From Duodenibacillus sp. (lineage in GTDB: Bacteria; Pseudomonadota; Gammaproteobacteria; Burkholderiales; Burkholderiaceae_F), in assembly GCA_017628205.1 (NCBI GenBank), contig JAGBZO010000039.1, positions 35,279 through 99,278 of the forward strand: a DNA stretch of 64,000 nt. The letters are read 5' to 3'. A program made the translations under genes and the position numbers. Shown here one piece after another: positions 1 to 10,226 of the stretch (positions are counted from its first letter, which is position 1; every line of letters begins with the position of its first letter). The notes below the pieces were generated by a model, which had not been told where the DNA came from, made no database searches, and saw only the letters and a list, made by a program, of their open reading frames with translations.

Positions 1-721
1 CAACAACTTCGCTGGGGTGACGAACACGACGCCATGCGAGGTCGGTGATGTGGAGCAAGCCGTCGATGCCGCCCAAATCAACGAATGCACCGTAGTCGGT
101 GATGTTCTTAACGATACCCTTAACAACGGCGCCTTCCTTGAGAGCTTCGAGGAGCTTGGCGCGTTCTTCGCCCATGCTGGCTTCTACAACAGCGCGGCGA
201 GAAACAACGACGTTGTTACGCTTACGGTCGAGCTTGATGACCTTGAATTCAAGGGTCTTGCCTTCGTAGGGCGTGGTGTCCTTAACCGGACGGGTGTCAA
301 CGAGGGAACCCGGCAAGAAAGCGCGGATGCCGTTGGTCATGACGGTCAAACCGCCCTTAACCTTACCCGTGATGGTACCGGTAACGAGTTCACCGGATTC
401 GAGGGCCATTTCGAGGTTCATCCAAGCGGCAAGACGCTTGGCCTTGTCGCGGGAGAGAACGGTTTCGCCGAAGCCGTTTTCTGCCGATTCGATTGCCACG
501 GAAACGAAGTCGCCAGGCTGAACGGTCACTTCACCACGGTCGTCCTTGAATTCTTCCAAGGGAATGTAGGCTTCAGACTTGAGGCCAGCGTTAACAACAA
601 CGAAGTTGTAGTCGACGCGAACGACTTCAGCGGTGATGACTTCGCCCTGACGCATTTCCTGCTTAGCGAGGCTTTCTTCGAAAAGCTGGGCAAAAGATTC
701 GGTAAAGGTAATATCGGACAT
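1..721 (-). CDS. rpsA: 30S ribosomal protein S1 (5' part, runs off window)
   Basis: Not in the ORF track. Manual minus-strand translation from ATG at 721 gives [18 protein letters not shown]...NAGLKSE...KVKGGLTV...[10 protein letters not shown]...[29 protein letters not shown]; lies downstream of cmk. Confidence 0.97.
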   Translation of the reverse strand, partial: MSDITFTESFAQLFEESLAKQEMRQGEVITAEVVRVDYNFVVVNAGLKSEAYIPLEEFKDDRGEVTVQPGDFVSVAIESAENGFGETVLSRDKAKRLAAWMNLEMALESGELVTGTITGKVKGGLTVMTNGIRAFLPGSLVDTRPVKDTTPYEGKTLEFKVIKLDRKRNNVVVSRRAVVEASMGEERAKLLEALKEGAVVKGIVKNITDYGAFVDLGGIDGLLHITDLAWRRVRHPSEVV

Positions 722-845
722 GTATGTCTCTAAAAAAAATTCTCACCCGGCCGGGGAGATTCGCTTCATTGAATCTCTTGGGGTGGTGTTTGATAAAAAA
801 ACCAACCGGCCCCGGACCGGTTGGAGAAAAAAAGCAAAAAATCGG

Positions 846-1514
846 TTACTGATTGACTTCCCGCCACCAAGACAAAACCGTTTCGACCGTTTCCTCAATC
901 GTCAGGTTCGAGCTGTCCAGTATGCGAGAATCGGGCATCGGAACAAGCGGAGCCGTCTTTCGTTCACGGTCTCTGCGATCTCTTTCCGCCAGATCTTCAG
1001 TAAGGCTCGTAAGATTAGCAGAAATCCCTTTTTGTATCAACTGTCTATAGCGTCTTTCTGCACGAGATTCCGCCGAAGCGGTCAAAAACACCTTCAGGCG
1101 TGCGTCGGGGAAAACCACGGAGGCCATGTCACGTCCGTCGGCAACCAATCCGGGCGCTTTTTTCGCACGTCGCTGCAAGTCGAAAAGCGCTTGTCGGACG
1201 GAGGGCAACGTGGCGATTTTACTTGCCGTGATACCGACGATTTCCGCTCGAATCGCCTCGGTCACATCGCGGCCGAACAACTCGATCCGTCCGTCACGAA
1301 AGATCGGCTCGATATCCGAGGCGGCTTTGGCGCATGCGGCTTCGTCCAACAAATCCACTTGACGGTCCAAGCATGTCAAAGCCGCCAAACGATAGAGCGC
1401 GCCGCTGTCCAAATAGTGATACCCCAAACGTTGCGCGACAATGCCCGCAATCGTCCCTTTGCCGCTGGCGGTCGGCCCGTCGATGGCAATGACTTCTACC
1501 TGTTCTTGACTCAC
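846..1514 (-). CDS. cmk: cytidylate kinase
   Basis: IAIDGPTASGKGT P-loop, YLDSGALYR, DGRDM; probable GTG start at 1514 overlaps the upstream TGA. Confidence 0.95.
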   Translation of the reverse strand: MSQEQVEVIAIDGPTASGKGTIAGIVAQRLGYHYLDSGALYRLAALTCLDRQVDLLDEAACAKAASDIEPIFRDGRIELFGRDVTEAIRAEIVGITASKIATLPSVRQALFDLQRRAKKAPGLVADGRDMASVVFPDARLKVFLTASAESRAERRYRQLIQKGISANLTSLTEDLAERDRRDRERKTAPLVPMPDSRILDSSNLTIEETVETVLSWWREVNQ

Positions 1515-3706
1515 TTCGTCGTTCCTTCTCTTAATGCATCCAATCCCAAGAAAAAGGTCGGGAAAGTTTTGGCCGTGCATCCCGGATCGTTCACCGTAAC
1601 GGTAACGCCGGCACAAGCGGCAATCGACAGCGCCATCGCCATGCGGTGGTCGTCGTACGTGTCGACGGTCGCGTTGCGCGGTTTTTCGCTGTGAGGCATC
1701 TCGACCTTAATCCAATCAGCGCCCTCTTCGACCAGCGCGCCAAATTTTTTCATCTCTGTCGCCATGGCCGCAATGCGATCCGTTTCCTTGACCCGCCATG
1801 ATCCGATACCAGTCAAATGGACGGGGCCATCCGTCAACAACGCCATCGGGACCAACGTCATCGCAGCGTCCGGTATCGCCGTACAGTCCATGGAGATACC
1901 GCACAAGCGTCCGTACTCGGGGCCGGACACTTCAATGTAATCCATGCCGCGCGTCACGCAAGCCCCCATCCGTTCGAGCACGTCGGCAAAAGCAACGTCG
2001 CCTTGCAAAGATTGGGAACCCACGCCCAAGACGCGTACAGGCCCCTTGGCCAAGGCGCCCAATGCCAAAAAGTAGCTGGCGCCGGAGGCATCGCCTTCGA
2101 CCGCGTAATGGCGCAAGGCGCAATAGCGTCCTTTGGGCACGATAAATCCGGTATCTGTCTCTCTAACCAAAATACCGAATGCATGCATCATTTTGATGGT
2201 CATCGCCACGTAGGGGCGGCTGATGAGCTCGCCTTCAATATCGATACGCAGCCCCTGTTCGGGAGCAATCACCGGTGCGATCATCAGCAAGGCGGTCAAG
2301 AACTGACTCGATACGTTGCCTCGAACCGAAACGCGATCACGTTCGAGCTTGGCGGGCTCAAAACACAACGGCGGATAGCCTTCCTTCATTTCGTAGGTGA
2401 TCTTTGCTCCCAGGGTACGCAATGCGTCGACCAAATCGCCAATCGGTCGAGATCGCATACGCTCGATGCCGTCCAGTCGATAGTGGCCGCCCGAGAAAGC
2501 CAATGCCGCGGTCAAAGATCGCGCAGCCGTTCCGGCATTGCCAATGAACAAGTCGGTGGACGCATTGGGAAATTGTCCACCGCAACCGTTGACAATGACG
2601 CCGTCTTCGGAATCAAATTGAATGTCGACGCCCAACTTGATCAGACTTTCGATCATTCGGTCGGTGTCGTCGGCTTTGAGCAATCCCGTCAATCGGGTCG
2701 TGCCGTCGGCCAACGCCGCCAGCAACAACGCGCGATTGGAGATCGATTTGGAGCCGGGCAAACGAATCGATCCTTTGAGCTTTCCAATCGGCTTGACCGT
2801 CTGAGTCGGGCCGAACGCAATCGACCCCTCCGTTTTTTCCGCATTGACGGGCGGTCGCAAGCCCACCTTGCGACGAGCTTTTGACGCGCGATCGAAGACC
2901 GCCGTCAAAGCATCCGCATCATTCGTTTCCATATAGTGGCGAATGCGTTTCAGTTCCTCTTCAAACAACGTCAGACTGGACAAGATCGCATCGCGATTGG
3001 AAAAGCAAATGTCTCGCCACATGGCCGGGCTCGAAGCGGCGATACGCGTGAAATCGCGAAAACCCGCACCGACAAAATCGAATTTTTTCTCCGCGTTTGA
3101 CGTTTGGGCAATCGCGTCAACGAGCGCATAGGCCAGAACGTGCGGCAAATGACTGACGGAAGCAAAAATCGCGTCGTGTTCCTGGGCCGACATTCGACGA
3201 ACGGACGCCCCCACCCGCTTCCACGCCTCCTCCCAAAAGGAGAGAACCGCAGGATTCGTTGCTTCGTGCGGCGTGGAAATGACGCGACAACCGCGGAACA
3301 ACTCCGCCGTGGCGTACTCGACGCCGGGCATTTCTCCCCCGGCAATCGGGTGCAACGGAGCGTAACGGGCAAAATGTTTACCCAAACCTCTGCGTGCCGC
3401 TTCGATAACGCTTTGCCGCGTCGAACCGACATCCGTCACCATGGCGTCGGGCGACATATGGCGACCGACTTCTTCAAACACGCTTTGCATCGCCAAAACG
3501 GGCACGGCCAACATAATGCAGTCGGCATGAGCCACGGCATCGGCGATTGAAGTCGTGGCCTCATCGGCAATGCCGATCTTGACCGCCTTTTGCGCGGACT
3601 CGATGGCGATGTCGCAAGCCGTTACATGCGAGACGACGCCGCACTCTCTCATCGCCCATGCCGCCGAGCCGCCAATCAAACCTGTTCCGATTAACGCTAA
3701 TCGCAT
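1511..3706 (-). CDS. aroA: bifunctional prephenate/arogenate dehydrogenase (TyrA) / EPSP synthase (AroA) fusion
   Basis: N-terminal GTGLIGGS, TDVGSTR, HPIAG, SHLPH, GFRDFTRIA (TyrA). C-terminal LPGSKSISNR, GNAGT, SSQF, RVKETDR, DDHRMAM (AroA). ATG 3706 has a GAGG RBS; alternative TTG start at 3727. Confidence 0.93.
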   Translation of the reverse strand: MRLALIGTGLIGGSAAWAMRECGVVSHVTACDIAIESAQKAVKIGIADEATTSIADAVAHADCIMLAVPVLAMQSVFEEVGRHMSPDAMVTDVGSTRQSVIEAARRGLGKHFARYAPLHPIAGGEMPGVEYATAELFRGCRVISTPHEATNPAVLSFWEEAWKRVGASVRRMSAQEHDAIFASVSHLPHVLAYALVDAIAQTSNAEKKFDFVGAGFRDFTRIAASSPAMWRDICFSNRDAILSSLTLFEEELKRIRHYMETNDADALTAVFDRASKARRKVGLRPPVNAEKTEGSIAFGPTQTVKPIGKLKGSIRLPGSKSISNRALLLAALADGTTRLTGLLKADDTDRMIESLIKLGVDIQFDSEDGVIVNGCGGQFPNASTDLFIGNAGTAARSLTAALAFSGGHYRLDGIERMRSRPIGDLVDALRTLGAKITYEMKEGYPPLCFEPAKLERDRVSVRGNVSSQFLTALLMIAPVIAPEQGLRIDIEGELISRPYVAMTIKMMHAFGILVRETDTGFIVPKGRYCALRHYAVEGDASGASYFLALGALAKGPVRVLGVGSQSLQGDVAFADVLERMGACVTRGMDYIEVSGPEYGRLCGISMDCTAIPDAAMTLVPMALLTDGPVHLTGIGSWRVKETDRIAAMATEMKKFGALVEEGADWIKVEMPHSEKPRNATVDTYDDHRMAMALSIAACAGVTVTVNDPGCTAKTFPTFFLGLDALREGTTK

Positions 3707-3723
3707 CCGCGTCCTCTTTGGGC

Positions 3724-4827
3724 TCAAGCTTTGATGATTTCGGCAAAGGCTTGAAAGAAACGTTCGTTTTCACTTGCCTTGCCGACGGATACGCGCAGCC
3801 AGGTCGGCAGACCGTAGCTGTTGACCGGACGAACGATAACGCCGCGACGCAACAATTCCTGATTGATCTGACGGGCGTTTTCACCGACCTCAACCAAAAT
3901 GAAATTGCCCCACGTCGGCAGATAGCGCAAGCCCAACTCGTCGAACCCCTTCTGCAGATATTCGACGCCTTCACGATTCATGGCGTAAACGCGATCCAAA
4001 AAAGCGGCATCGTCAATACAACCGGCGGCGGCAGCCTGAGCCAACAAATTCATATTGAAGGGCGGACGAATGCGATTGAGCATTTCGATCAGAGCCGGTT
4101 GGGCAACGGCGTATCCGGCACGCAAACCGGCCAGACCGTAGGCTTTGGAGAAGGTGCGCGTCACCATCAGATTCGGGTACCGACGTACCCACTCGATCGA
4201 ATTGGGGCGATCTTCGGGAGCCATGTAGTGAATGTATGCTTCGTCAAGTACGACGACGCAGTATTCGGGAACGGACGCGATAAAACGTTCGATGGCCTGC
4301 TTGTCCAAAATCAATCCGGTCGGATTGTTCGGATTGGTAATGAAAACCAAACGGGTCTTTTCATCGATGGCCGCTGCGATCCCATCCAAATCAACGGCAA
4401 AATCTTTAGCGGGGACCTCCACGCATTCGGCACCGTTTTCCTGAGCGCTCAGAGCATAGACGGAGAAAGAGTACTGCGAGTAAACGCACTTCGTGCCCGG
4501 TTCCAAAACCAAACGCGCAATCAAACCGAGCAACTCGTCCGAGCCGTTGCCGGCAATCACCCAATCACTCGTCACACCGCAATAACGCGCGACGGCGTCG
4601 CGGAACAAACGGGCGTTTCCGTCCGGATAACGCTCGCAACCAATGGCGGCCTCAATCATCGCCTTCTTGGCCGATTCGGGCATTCCCAACGGGTTTTCGT
4701 TACTGGCCAACTTGACGATGTCGTTGACGTCCAACCCATATTCACGTGCCGTTTCTTCGATCGGCTTGCCCGCCACATACGGTTCAATCGCCGAAATATA
4801 CGTTTTTGCTTGGAATCCTTGAGTCAT
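3724..4827 (-). CDS. hisC: histidinol-phosphate / aromatic aminotransferase
   Basis: KLASNENP, GNGSDE, NPNNPTG, DEAY, RTFSKAYGLAGLR; ATG 4827 preceded by GGAG. Confidence 0.93.
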   Translation of the reverse strand: MTQGFQAKTYISAIEPYVAGKPIEETAREYGLDVNDIVKLASNENPLGMPESAKKAMIEAAIGCERYPDGNARLFRDAVARYCGVTSDWVIAGNGSDELLGLIARLVLEPGTKCVYSQYSFSVYALSAQENGAECVEVPAKDFAVDLDGIAAAIDEKTRLVFITNPNNPTGLILDKQAIERFIASVPEYCVVVLDEAYIHYMAPEDRPNSIEWVRRYPNLMVTRTFSKAYGLAGLRAGYAVAQPALIEMLNRIRPPFNMNLLAQAAAAGCIDDAAFLDRVYAMNREGVEYLQKGFDELGLRYLPTWGNFILVEVGENARQINQELLRRGVIVRPVNSYGLPTWLRVSVGKASENERFFQAFAEIIKA

Positions 4828-4859
4828 TTTCTTCTCCATCTTCGATGAACTTTCGTTCG

Positions 4860-5957
4860 TCACGCTTCTTTCGGATAAGAACCGAGAATTTTCACATAAC
4901 TTCCGATCTTGCCGACTTCTTGCAAAGCGGCATGAACGGTCGCGTCATCTTGATGTCCTTCGACATCAACATAGAAGTTATACTCCCATGCGCCGTTTTG
5001 AGCAGGTCTGCTTTCCAATCGACACAATTGAATGCCGTAACGGCTGAACGGCTCAAGCAAAGCAAAGAGCGCCCCGGCGCGATTGGGCGTGGACAACACC
5101 AACGACGTCTTCATTTGAACGCCTGACATGTTGGTCGGCGCTTCATGCCCCAGAATCAAAAAGCGCGTCGTGTTTCGAGGGTTGTCTTGAATGGCAGATT
5201 CCACGATCTTCAAATCGTAGAGCGATGCCGCACGCTTGGAAGCGATGGCGGCGATACTCGTGTTTTCCGTCGCCAACACGGCCGCGGCAGCATTGGAATC
5301 GGCCGCGTGGGTATGCACGCCGTTGAGATGGGTCGAGAGCCACAATTGACATTGGGCCAGCGCTTGAGGATGGGCGCACACCTGGGCGATGTCCTCTCTT
5401 CGCCCCGTTTTGTTCATCAGATTGTGTTCGACCTTGACCGAAACTTCGCCGATGATGGTCAAGTCGGTCGTCAAGAGCAAATCTTCCGTACGCGTCACCG
5501 CCCCTTCCGTACTGTTTTCAATCGGAACCACGGCAAAGCCAGCATTACGCGTTTGAGCGACGCGAAACACTTCGTCGATGCTCGAGCAGGGAACGGCTTC
5601 GATAGCCGAACCGAATCGCGCCAAAACGGCCATCTCGGTAAACGTGCCGGCCGGCCCCAAGTACGCGACAACCGGCCGCGCCTCGGCCGCTCGACATGCG
5701 GCAATCACTTCTTGATAAAGCGTCGTCAGCGTGTTTGAGGATAAATGGCTCTCGAGTTGATCGTTCAGACTGACGGCACGATCGATCACCTGGCGTTCCC
5801 GTTCAGGGCGATATACCGGAGTCCCGCCCTTGGCTTGTCCGACCTCATACGCCAAACACGAACGACGGGCGAGCAATCGAACGATCTGCTCGTCCACGGC
5901 GTCGATTTCGTCGCGCAATCGTGCGATAGCCGTAGTGTTTTCTTTTTGTTGTTGCAT
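4860..5957 (-). CDS. pheA: chorismate mutase / prephenate dehydratase (P-protein)
   Basis: LRDEIDAVD CM domain, YLGPAGTF, PIENSTEG, HPQALAQC, NTTRF, ACT domain with ESRP. Confidence 0.95.
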   Translation of the reverse strand: MQQQKENTTAIARLRDEIDAVDEQIVRLLARRSCLAYEVGQAKGGTPVYRPERERQVIDRAVSLNDQLESHLSSNTLTTLYQEVIAACRAAEARPVVAYLGPAGTFTEMAVLARFGSAIEAVPCSSIDEVFRVAQTRNAGFAVVPIENSTEGAVTRTEDLLLTTDLTIIGEVSVKVEHNLMNKTGRREDIAQVCAHPQALAQCQLWLSTHLNGVHTHAADSNAAAAVLATENTSIAAIASKRAASLYDLKIVESAIQDNPRNTTRFLILGHEAPTNMSGVQMKTSLVLSTPNRAGALFALLEPFSRYGIQLCRLESRPAQNGAWEYNFYVDVEGHQDDATVHAALQEVGKIGSYVKILGSYPKEA

Positions 5958-6008
5958 CGTTTCCCTCCCTTCCTTGGGTCAGCGGTGTAACAAAATAGTC
6001 AAGGATGC

Positions 6009-7085
6009 TTAGCCGTGGCGATGAGCAAAGTCGATCATGAATTCCGACAACGCCTTGGCGGCTTCGAGCGGCAACGCGTTGTAGAGCGACGCGCGCAATC
6101 CGCCGACGATGCGATGTCCCTTCAAATTCATCAAATTGTGCTTGGAGGCTTCGCGCAGGAACAATTCGGTCAAGGCCTCTTCCTGCAAATTGAATACGAC
6201 GTTCATGCGACTGCGGGCGTTGCCGGCAATCGTATTGACGTAAAAAGCATTGAACGAGTCGATCGTGCGATAGATAAGATCGGCGCGTTCGCGTGCCCGA
6301 CGATCCATTGCTTCCACGCCGCCGTTACGCTTGATCCAATGGCACACCAGATTGGCCACCCAGATTGCAAACGTCGGAGGCGTGTTGTACATGGATCCGT
6401 GCTTGGCGTGCACGGCATAGTCGAGCATCGTCGGGCAGGTGTCCGTGGTAAGACCTAACAAGTCCTTGCGAATGATGACGACGCTTAAACCGGCCGGACC
6501 GAAGTTTTTCTGGGCGCCGGCAAAAACAAGCGCGTGTCGATTGAAATCGACGGCTCGCGACAGGAAGTTGGAGCTGATGTCGGCCACCAACGGGACGCAG
6601 TCGGGACCGGCGGGGGTGTAGTTGAATTCCACGCCGTTGACGGTCTCGTTCTGGCAATAGTACAAATAGGCCGCGTCATTGGGGACGTTGATCGAATCGC
6701 TGGGGGGAACCGAACCGTCGGCAGCGAGGATCGTATTGACGTGGCAGAACTTTTCGGCCTCGGCGGCAGCCTTGCGAGACCATACGCCGTTGACGATGTA
6801 GGTGGCTTCGGCAGCCGCACCCAACAAATTCAACGGGACCATTGCAAACTGCGTGTGACCGCCGCCTTGCAAGAACAAAATGTCGTGCGTATCGGGAACC
6901 TGGAGCAACTCGCGAATCAACGCTTTCGTTTCCTCGTGCAGTTGAGCAAACGTGGAACCGCGATGACTCATTTCCAGGATGCTCAAACCTTGCCCCTGGT
7001 AATTGACCATATTGTCCGCCACTTCCTGCAATACTTCTTCAGGCAAAACGGCGGGACCGGCAGAAAAATTAAACACGCGTTCCAT
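6009..7085 (-). CDS. serC: phosphoserine aminotransferase
   Basis: FNFSAGPA, EMSHR, NETVNG, GAQKNFGPAG, YNTPP, GHRIVGGLRASLYNA. Confidence 0.96.
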   Translation of the reverse strand: MERVFNFSAGPAVLPEEVLQEVADNMVNYQGQGLSILEMSHRGSTFAQLHEETKALIRELLQVPDTHDILFLQGGGHTQFAMVPLNLLGAAAEATYIVNGVWSRKAAAEAEKFCHVNTILAADGSVPPSDSINVPNDAAYLYYCQNETVNGVEFNYTPAGPDCVPLVADISSNFLSRAVDFNRHALVFAGAQKNFGPAGLSVVIIRKDLLGLTTDTCPTMLDYAVHAKHGSMYNTPPTFAIWVANLVCHWIKRNGGVEAMDRRARERADLIYRTIDSFNAFYVNTIAGNARSRMNVVFNLQEEALTELFLREASKHNLMNLKGHRIVGGLRASLYNALPLEAAKALSEFMIDFAHRHG

Positions 7086-7151
7086 TGTCCAACTCCTTTT
7101 CCAATTTCCTAAAACACGACGGGGCGCTTTCGCGCCCCATCATGCTGTTAT

Positions 7152-9845
7152 TTACTCTTCGCTTGACGCTTCGGGGCCTTGTTCCGTCGCTTCGACTCCG
7201 TGTTCGGTCGGCTCGGACTTGCCTTCAAGCAAAGCCTCGTCACCGTCCGCATCGTCTTCGGCAACGCGACTGATGCGTACGAGACAATCATCCTTTACGT
7301 CGATCAGGGTGACACCTTGCGTAGCTCGTCCGCAAATACGAATGTCGCTGACTGGCGTGCGAACCAACTTGCCCAAACTCGTAAGCAGCATGACGCTGTC
7401 ACTCGGGGATACCAACGTCGCCGCCACAACCTTGCCATTGCGTTCGCTCGTGGCGATGGCGATCATGCCCTTGGTGTTGCGGCCGTGACGCGTGTACTCG
7501 CTGATCGGCGTGCACTTGCCAAAGCCGTTTTCGCAGGCAGTCAAAACGAGCTGTTCTTCGTTTTCAGCCACCAACAACGCAATCAATTTTGCTCCGTCTT
7601 CCAGACGCATGCCACCAACGCCGCGCGCAGTGCGACCCATCGGACGCACGTCGCTTTCGGCAAATCGAACGGCCTTGCCGGCGTCGCTAAAGAGCATGAC
7701 GTCGTGGGCGCCGTCGGTAATCGCCACGCCGACGAGACTGTCGCCTTCGTTCAATTCGACGGCCTTTTTACCCTTGCGCAACACGTTGGCAAATTCGCTC
7801 AAAGCGGTCTTCTTGACGATGCCGGACTCGGTCGCCATAAAGACGAACTTGTCTTCGCCAAATTCGCTCACGGGCAGGATGATCGTGATCTTTTCATTTT
7901 CCTGCAATTGCAAGAGATTGACGATCGCCTTGCCCTTGCTGGTTCGAGCCCCTTCGGGAATCAGGTACACGTCAAGTCGATAGACGCGTCCTTGATTGCT
8001 AAAGCACAATACCTTGTCGTGCGAATTGGCGACAAAGAGCTGTTCGATGACGTCGCCTTGCTTCATCTGCGTCGCCTTCTTGCCTTGACCGCCGCGCTTT
8101 TGTTCACGGTATTCGGTCAACGACTGTCGCTTGATATAACCTTCGCGAGACAAAGTAACGACAACGTTTTCACTGATGACGAAGTCCAACGGGTTGAAGT
8201 TGGGATCGCTCGACTGGTCGATTTCACTGCGGCGTTCATCGCCGTACTTGGTCTTGAGTTCTTCAAGCTCTGCGTCCATGATCGCGACCACGCGTTCGGG
8301 ACGAGCCAGGATGTCCAACAAGTCGGAAATCTGAGCGTGAGCTTCGTGATACTCGTTGTTGATCTTGTCCTGTTCGAGACCGGTAAGCTTTTGCAAGGCC
8401 ATTTGCAAAATCTTTTCGGTCTGCATGGCGCTGAGATGGTACATCCCGTCGGCCGACAAGCCGCAACCGGCTTCCACTTCTTCGGGACGGTACTTCTCGG
8501 GATCCGCGCCAGCCAACAACCCCTGAACCAACGCCGAGGTCCAACCGCGAGCCATCAGTTCGGCCTTGGCCACCTGGGGATTCGGGGCGGACTTGATGAT
8601 TTCGAGGAATTCGTCAATGTTGGAGAGCGCAACGGCCTGACCTTCCAAAATGTGACCGCGCAAACGCTGCTTCTTCAAACGGAACAACGTACGACGGTTC
8701 ACCACTTCGCGGCGGTGACGCAGGAAGCATTCGATGAACTGACGCAAATTGAGCACCTTCGGCTGGCCGTCGACCAAGGCCACCATGTTCATGCCGAAAG
8801 AGCTCTGCAGCGCGGTCATCTTGTAAAGCATGTTCAACAGAACTTCGCCGACCACGCCGGCTTTGAGTTCCATCACGATGCGCACATCCTTGCTCGATTC
8901 GTCACGCAAATCGCTGATGCCCTCAATCTTTTTGTCGTGCATCAGGCGGGCGATCGACTCGACCAACACCTTTTTGTTCACCTGATACGGAATATCGTCG
9001 ACGACCAATGCCTGTCGGCCGTTTTTGAGTTCTTCAAAATGCGTGTGAGCTCGCATGACGACGCGACCGCGCCCCGTGCGATAGCCGTCGTGCACTTCCT
9101 TCAAACCATAGATGATGGCGCCGGTCGGGAAGTCGGGCGCCGGCATGCGCTGAATCAATTCGTCGATTGTCGCGTCGGGGTTGCGCAGCAGATGACGGCA
9201 GGCGTCAACCACTTCGCCCAAGTTGTGAGGCGGAATGTTGGTCGCCATACCGACGGCAATACCGGCCGAACCGTTGATCAACAAATTGGGCAACTTCGCC
9301 GGCAGTACGACGGGTTCTTTTTCCGAATTGTCAAAGTTCGGCACAAAATCGACGGTATCTTCGTCCAGATTCTCCAACATAGCGTCGGCAATCGCGGCCA
9401 AGCGGCATTCCGTGTAACGCATGGCAGCGGCACCGTCGCCGTCGATGGAACCAAAGTTACCCTGGCCGTCGACCAAGGGGTAACGCATCGAAAAATCCTG
9501 AGCCAAACGCACCAACGTCTGATAAGCGGCCTGATCGCCGTGCGGATGGTATTTACCGATCACGTCGCCGACGATACGAGCGCACTTCTTGGTTGCGTTG
9601 TTAAAAGTGTTGTGCAGTTCATGCATCGAGAAAAGAACGCGACGATGTACCGGCTTGAAACCGTCTCGCACGTCAGGCAAAGCACGACCGACGATCACGC
9701 TCATAGCGTAATCGAGATACGAGCGCTTCATTTCTGTTTCCAGCTCGATGGGAAGCGTCTCGTACGAGTAGGAAATCGGCATTCCGTTGGCTTCTCCCTG
9801 CTCGTTCGTATCGGTGACTTGGTTGTTCTTTTCGTCTTGTGCCAT
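7152..9845 (-). CDS. gyrA: DNA gyrase subunit A
   Basis: SYLDYAMSVIVGRALPDVRDG, GKYHPHGD, AAAMRYTE, GyrA-box variant QKRGGQG, pinwheel repeats, acidic tail; probable ATG 9845. Confidence 0.98.
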   Translation of the reverse strand: MAQDEKNNQVTDTNEQGEANGMPISYSYETLPIELETEMKRSYLDYAMSVIVGRALPDVRDGFKPVHRRVLFSMHELHNTFNNATKKCARIVGDVIGKYHPHGDQAAYQTLVRLAQDFSMRYPLVDGQGNFGSIDGDGAAAMRYTECRLAAIADAMLENLDEDTVDFVPNFDNSEKEPVVLPAKLPNLLINGSAGIAVGMATNIPPHNLGEVVDACRHLLRNPDATIDELIQRMPAPDFPTGAIIYGLKEVHDGYRTGRGRVVMRAHTHFEELKNGRQALVVDDIPYQVNKKVLVESIARLMHDKKIEGISDLRDESSKDVRIVMELKAGVVGEVLLNMLYKMTALQSSFGMNMVALVDGQPKVLNLRQFIECFLRHRREVVNRRTLFRLKKQRLRGHILEGQAVALSNIDEFLEIIKSAPNPQVAKAELMARGWTSALVQGLLAGADPEKYRPEEVEAGCGLSADGMYHLSAMQTEKILQMALQKLTGLEQDKINNEYHEAHAQISDLLDILARPERVVAIMDAELEELKTKYGDERRSEIDQSSDPNFNPLDFVISENVVVTLSREGYIKRQSLTEYREQKRGGQGKKATQMKQGDVIEQLFVANSHDKVLCFSNQGRVYRLDVYLIPEGARTSKGKAIVNLLQLQENEKITIILPVSEFGEDKFVFMATESGIVKKTALSEFANVLRKGKKAVELNEGDSLVGVAITDGAHDVMLFSDAGKAVRFAESDVRPMGRTARGVGGMRLEDGAKLIALLVAENEEQLVLTACENGFGKCTPISEYTRHGRNTKGMIAIATSERNGKVVAATLVSPSDSVMLLTSLGKLVRTPVSDIRICGRATQGVTLIDVKDDCLVRISRVAEDDADGDEALLEGKSEPTEHGVEATEQGPEASSEE

Positions 9846-10226
9846 ATCGTCTCTTATAAAACTTTGCACTGCAAAGTTTACTTGCCTGAAAAAAATATCG
9901 AATTAGACATTCTACCGTTTTAAGGCCCTTTTTAGTCATAATCAGGCAAGAATTTACGCTTTCCGCTTCGTGCAAAAAACGCCTCGCCGTCTCTGTGTTT
10001 TCCTGACTTCGTGAAGGTTTTTTTCGATTCGTCGACGCTGTAGGATTTCGCAACACCTCGACCGTGCATGCGTCCCAAAAATCAGGCACAATACGTTTAG
10101 GAAAATGCCCTTCGGCTCTGTGGCACTGGAACCAAAGGAAGCCATGTTATTGGGTTACACGCAATAGACATTCCGGACTCTGTAAAACAACAATCAGTGC
10201 CTTTAATCCTGAGAGGAACTATTTTT

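Noticed and set aside
7179-9923. 914-aa plus-strand ORF antisense to gyrA (similar long antisense ORFs shadow rpsA, argH, fumC, the DASS gene, the hydro-lyase, the NSS gene and tyrS)
   Set aside because: They mirror well-recognised genes codon for codon and have no recognisable motifs; avoidance of TTA/CTA/TCA codons on the sense strand removes antisense stops.
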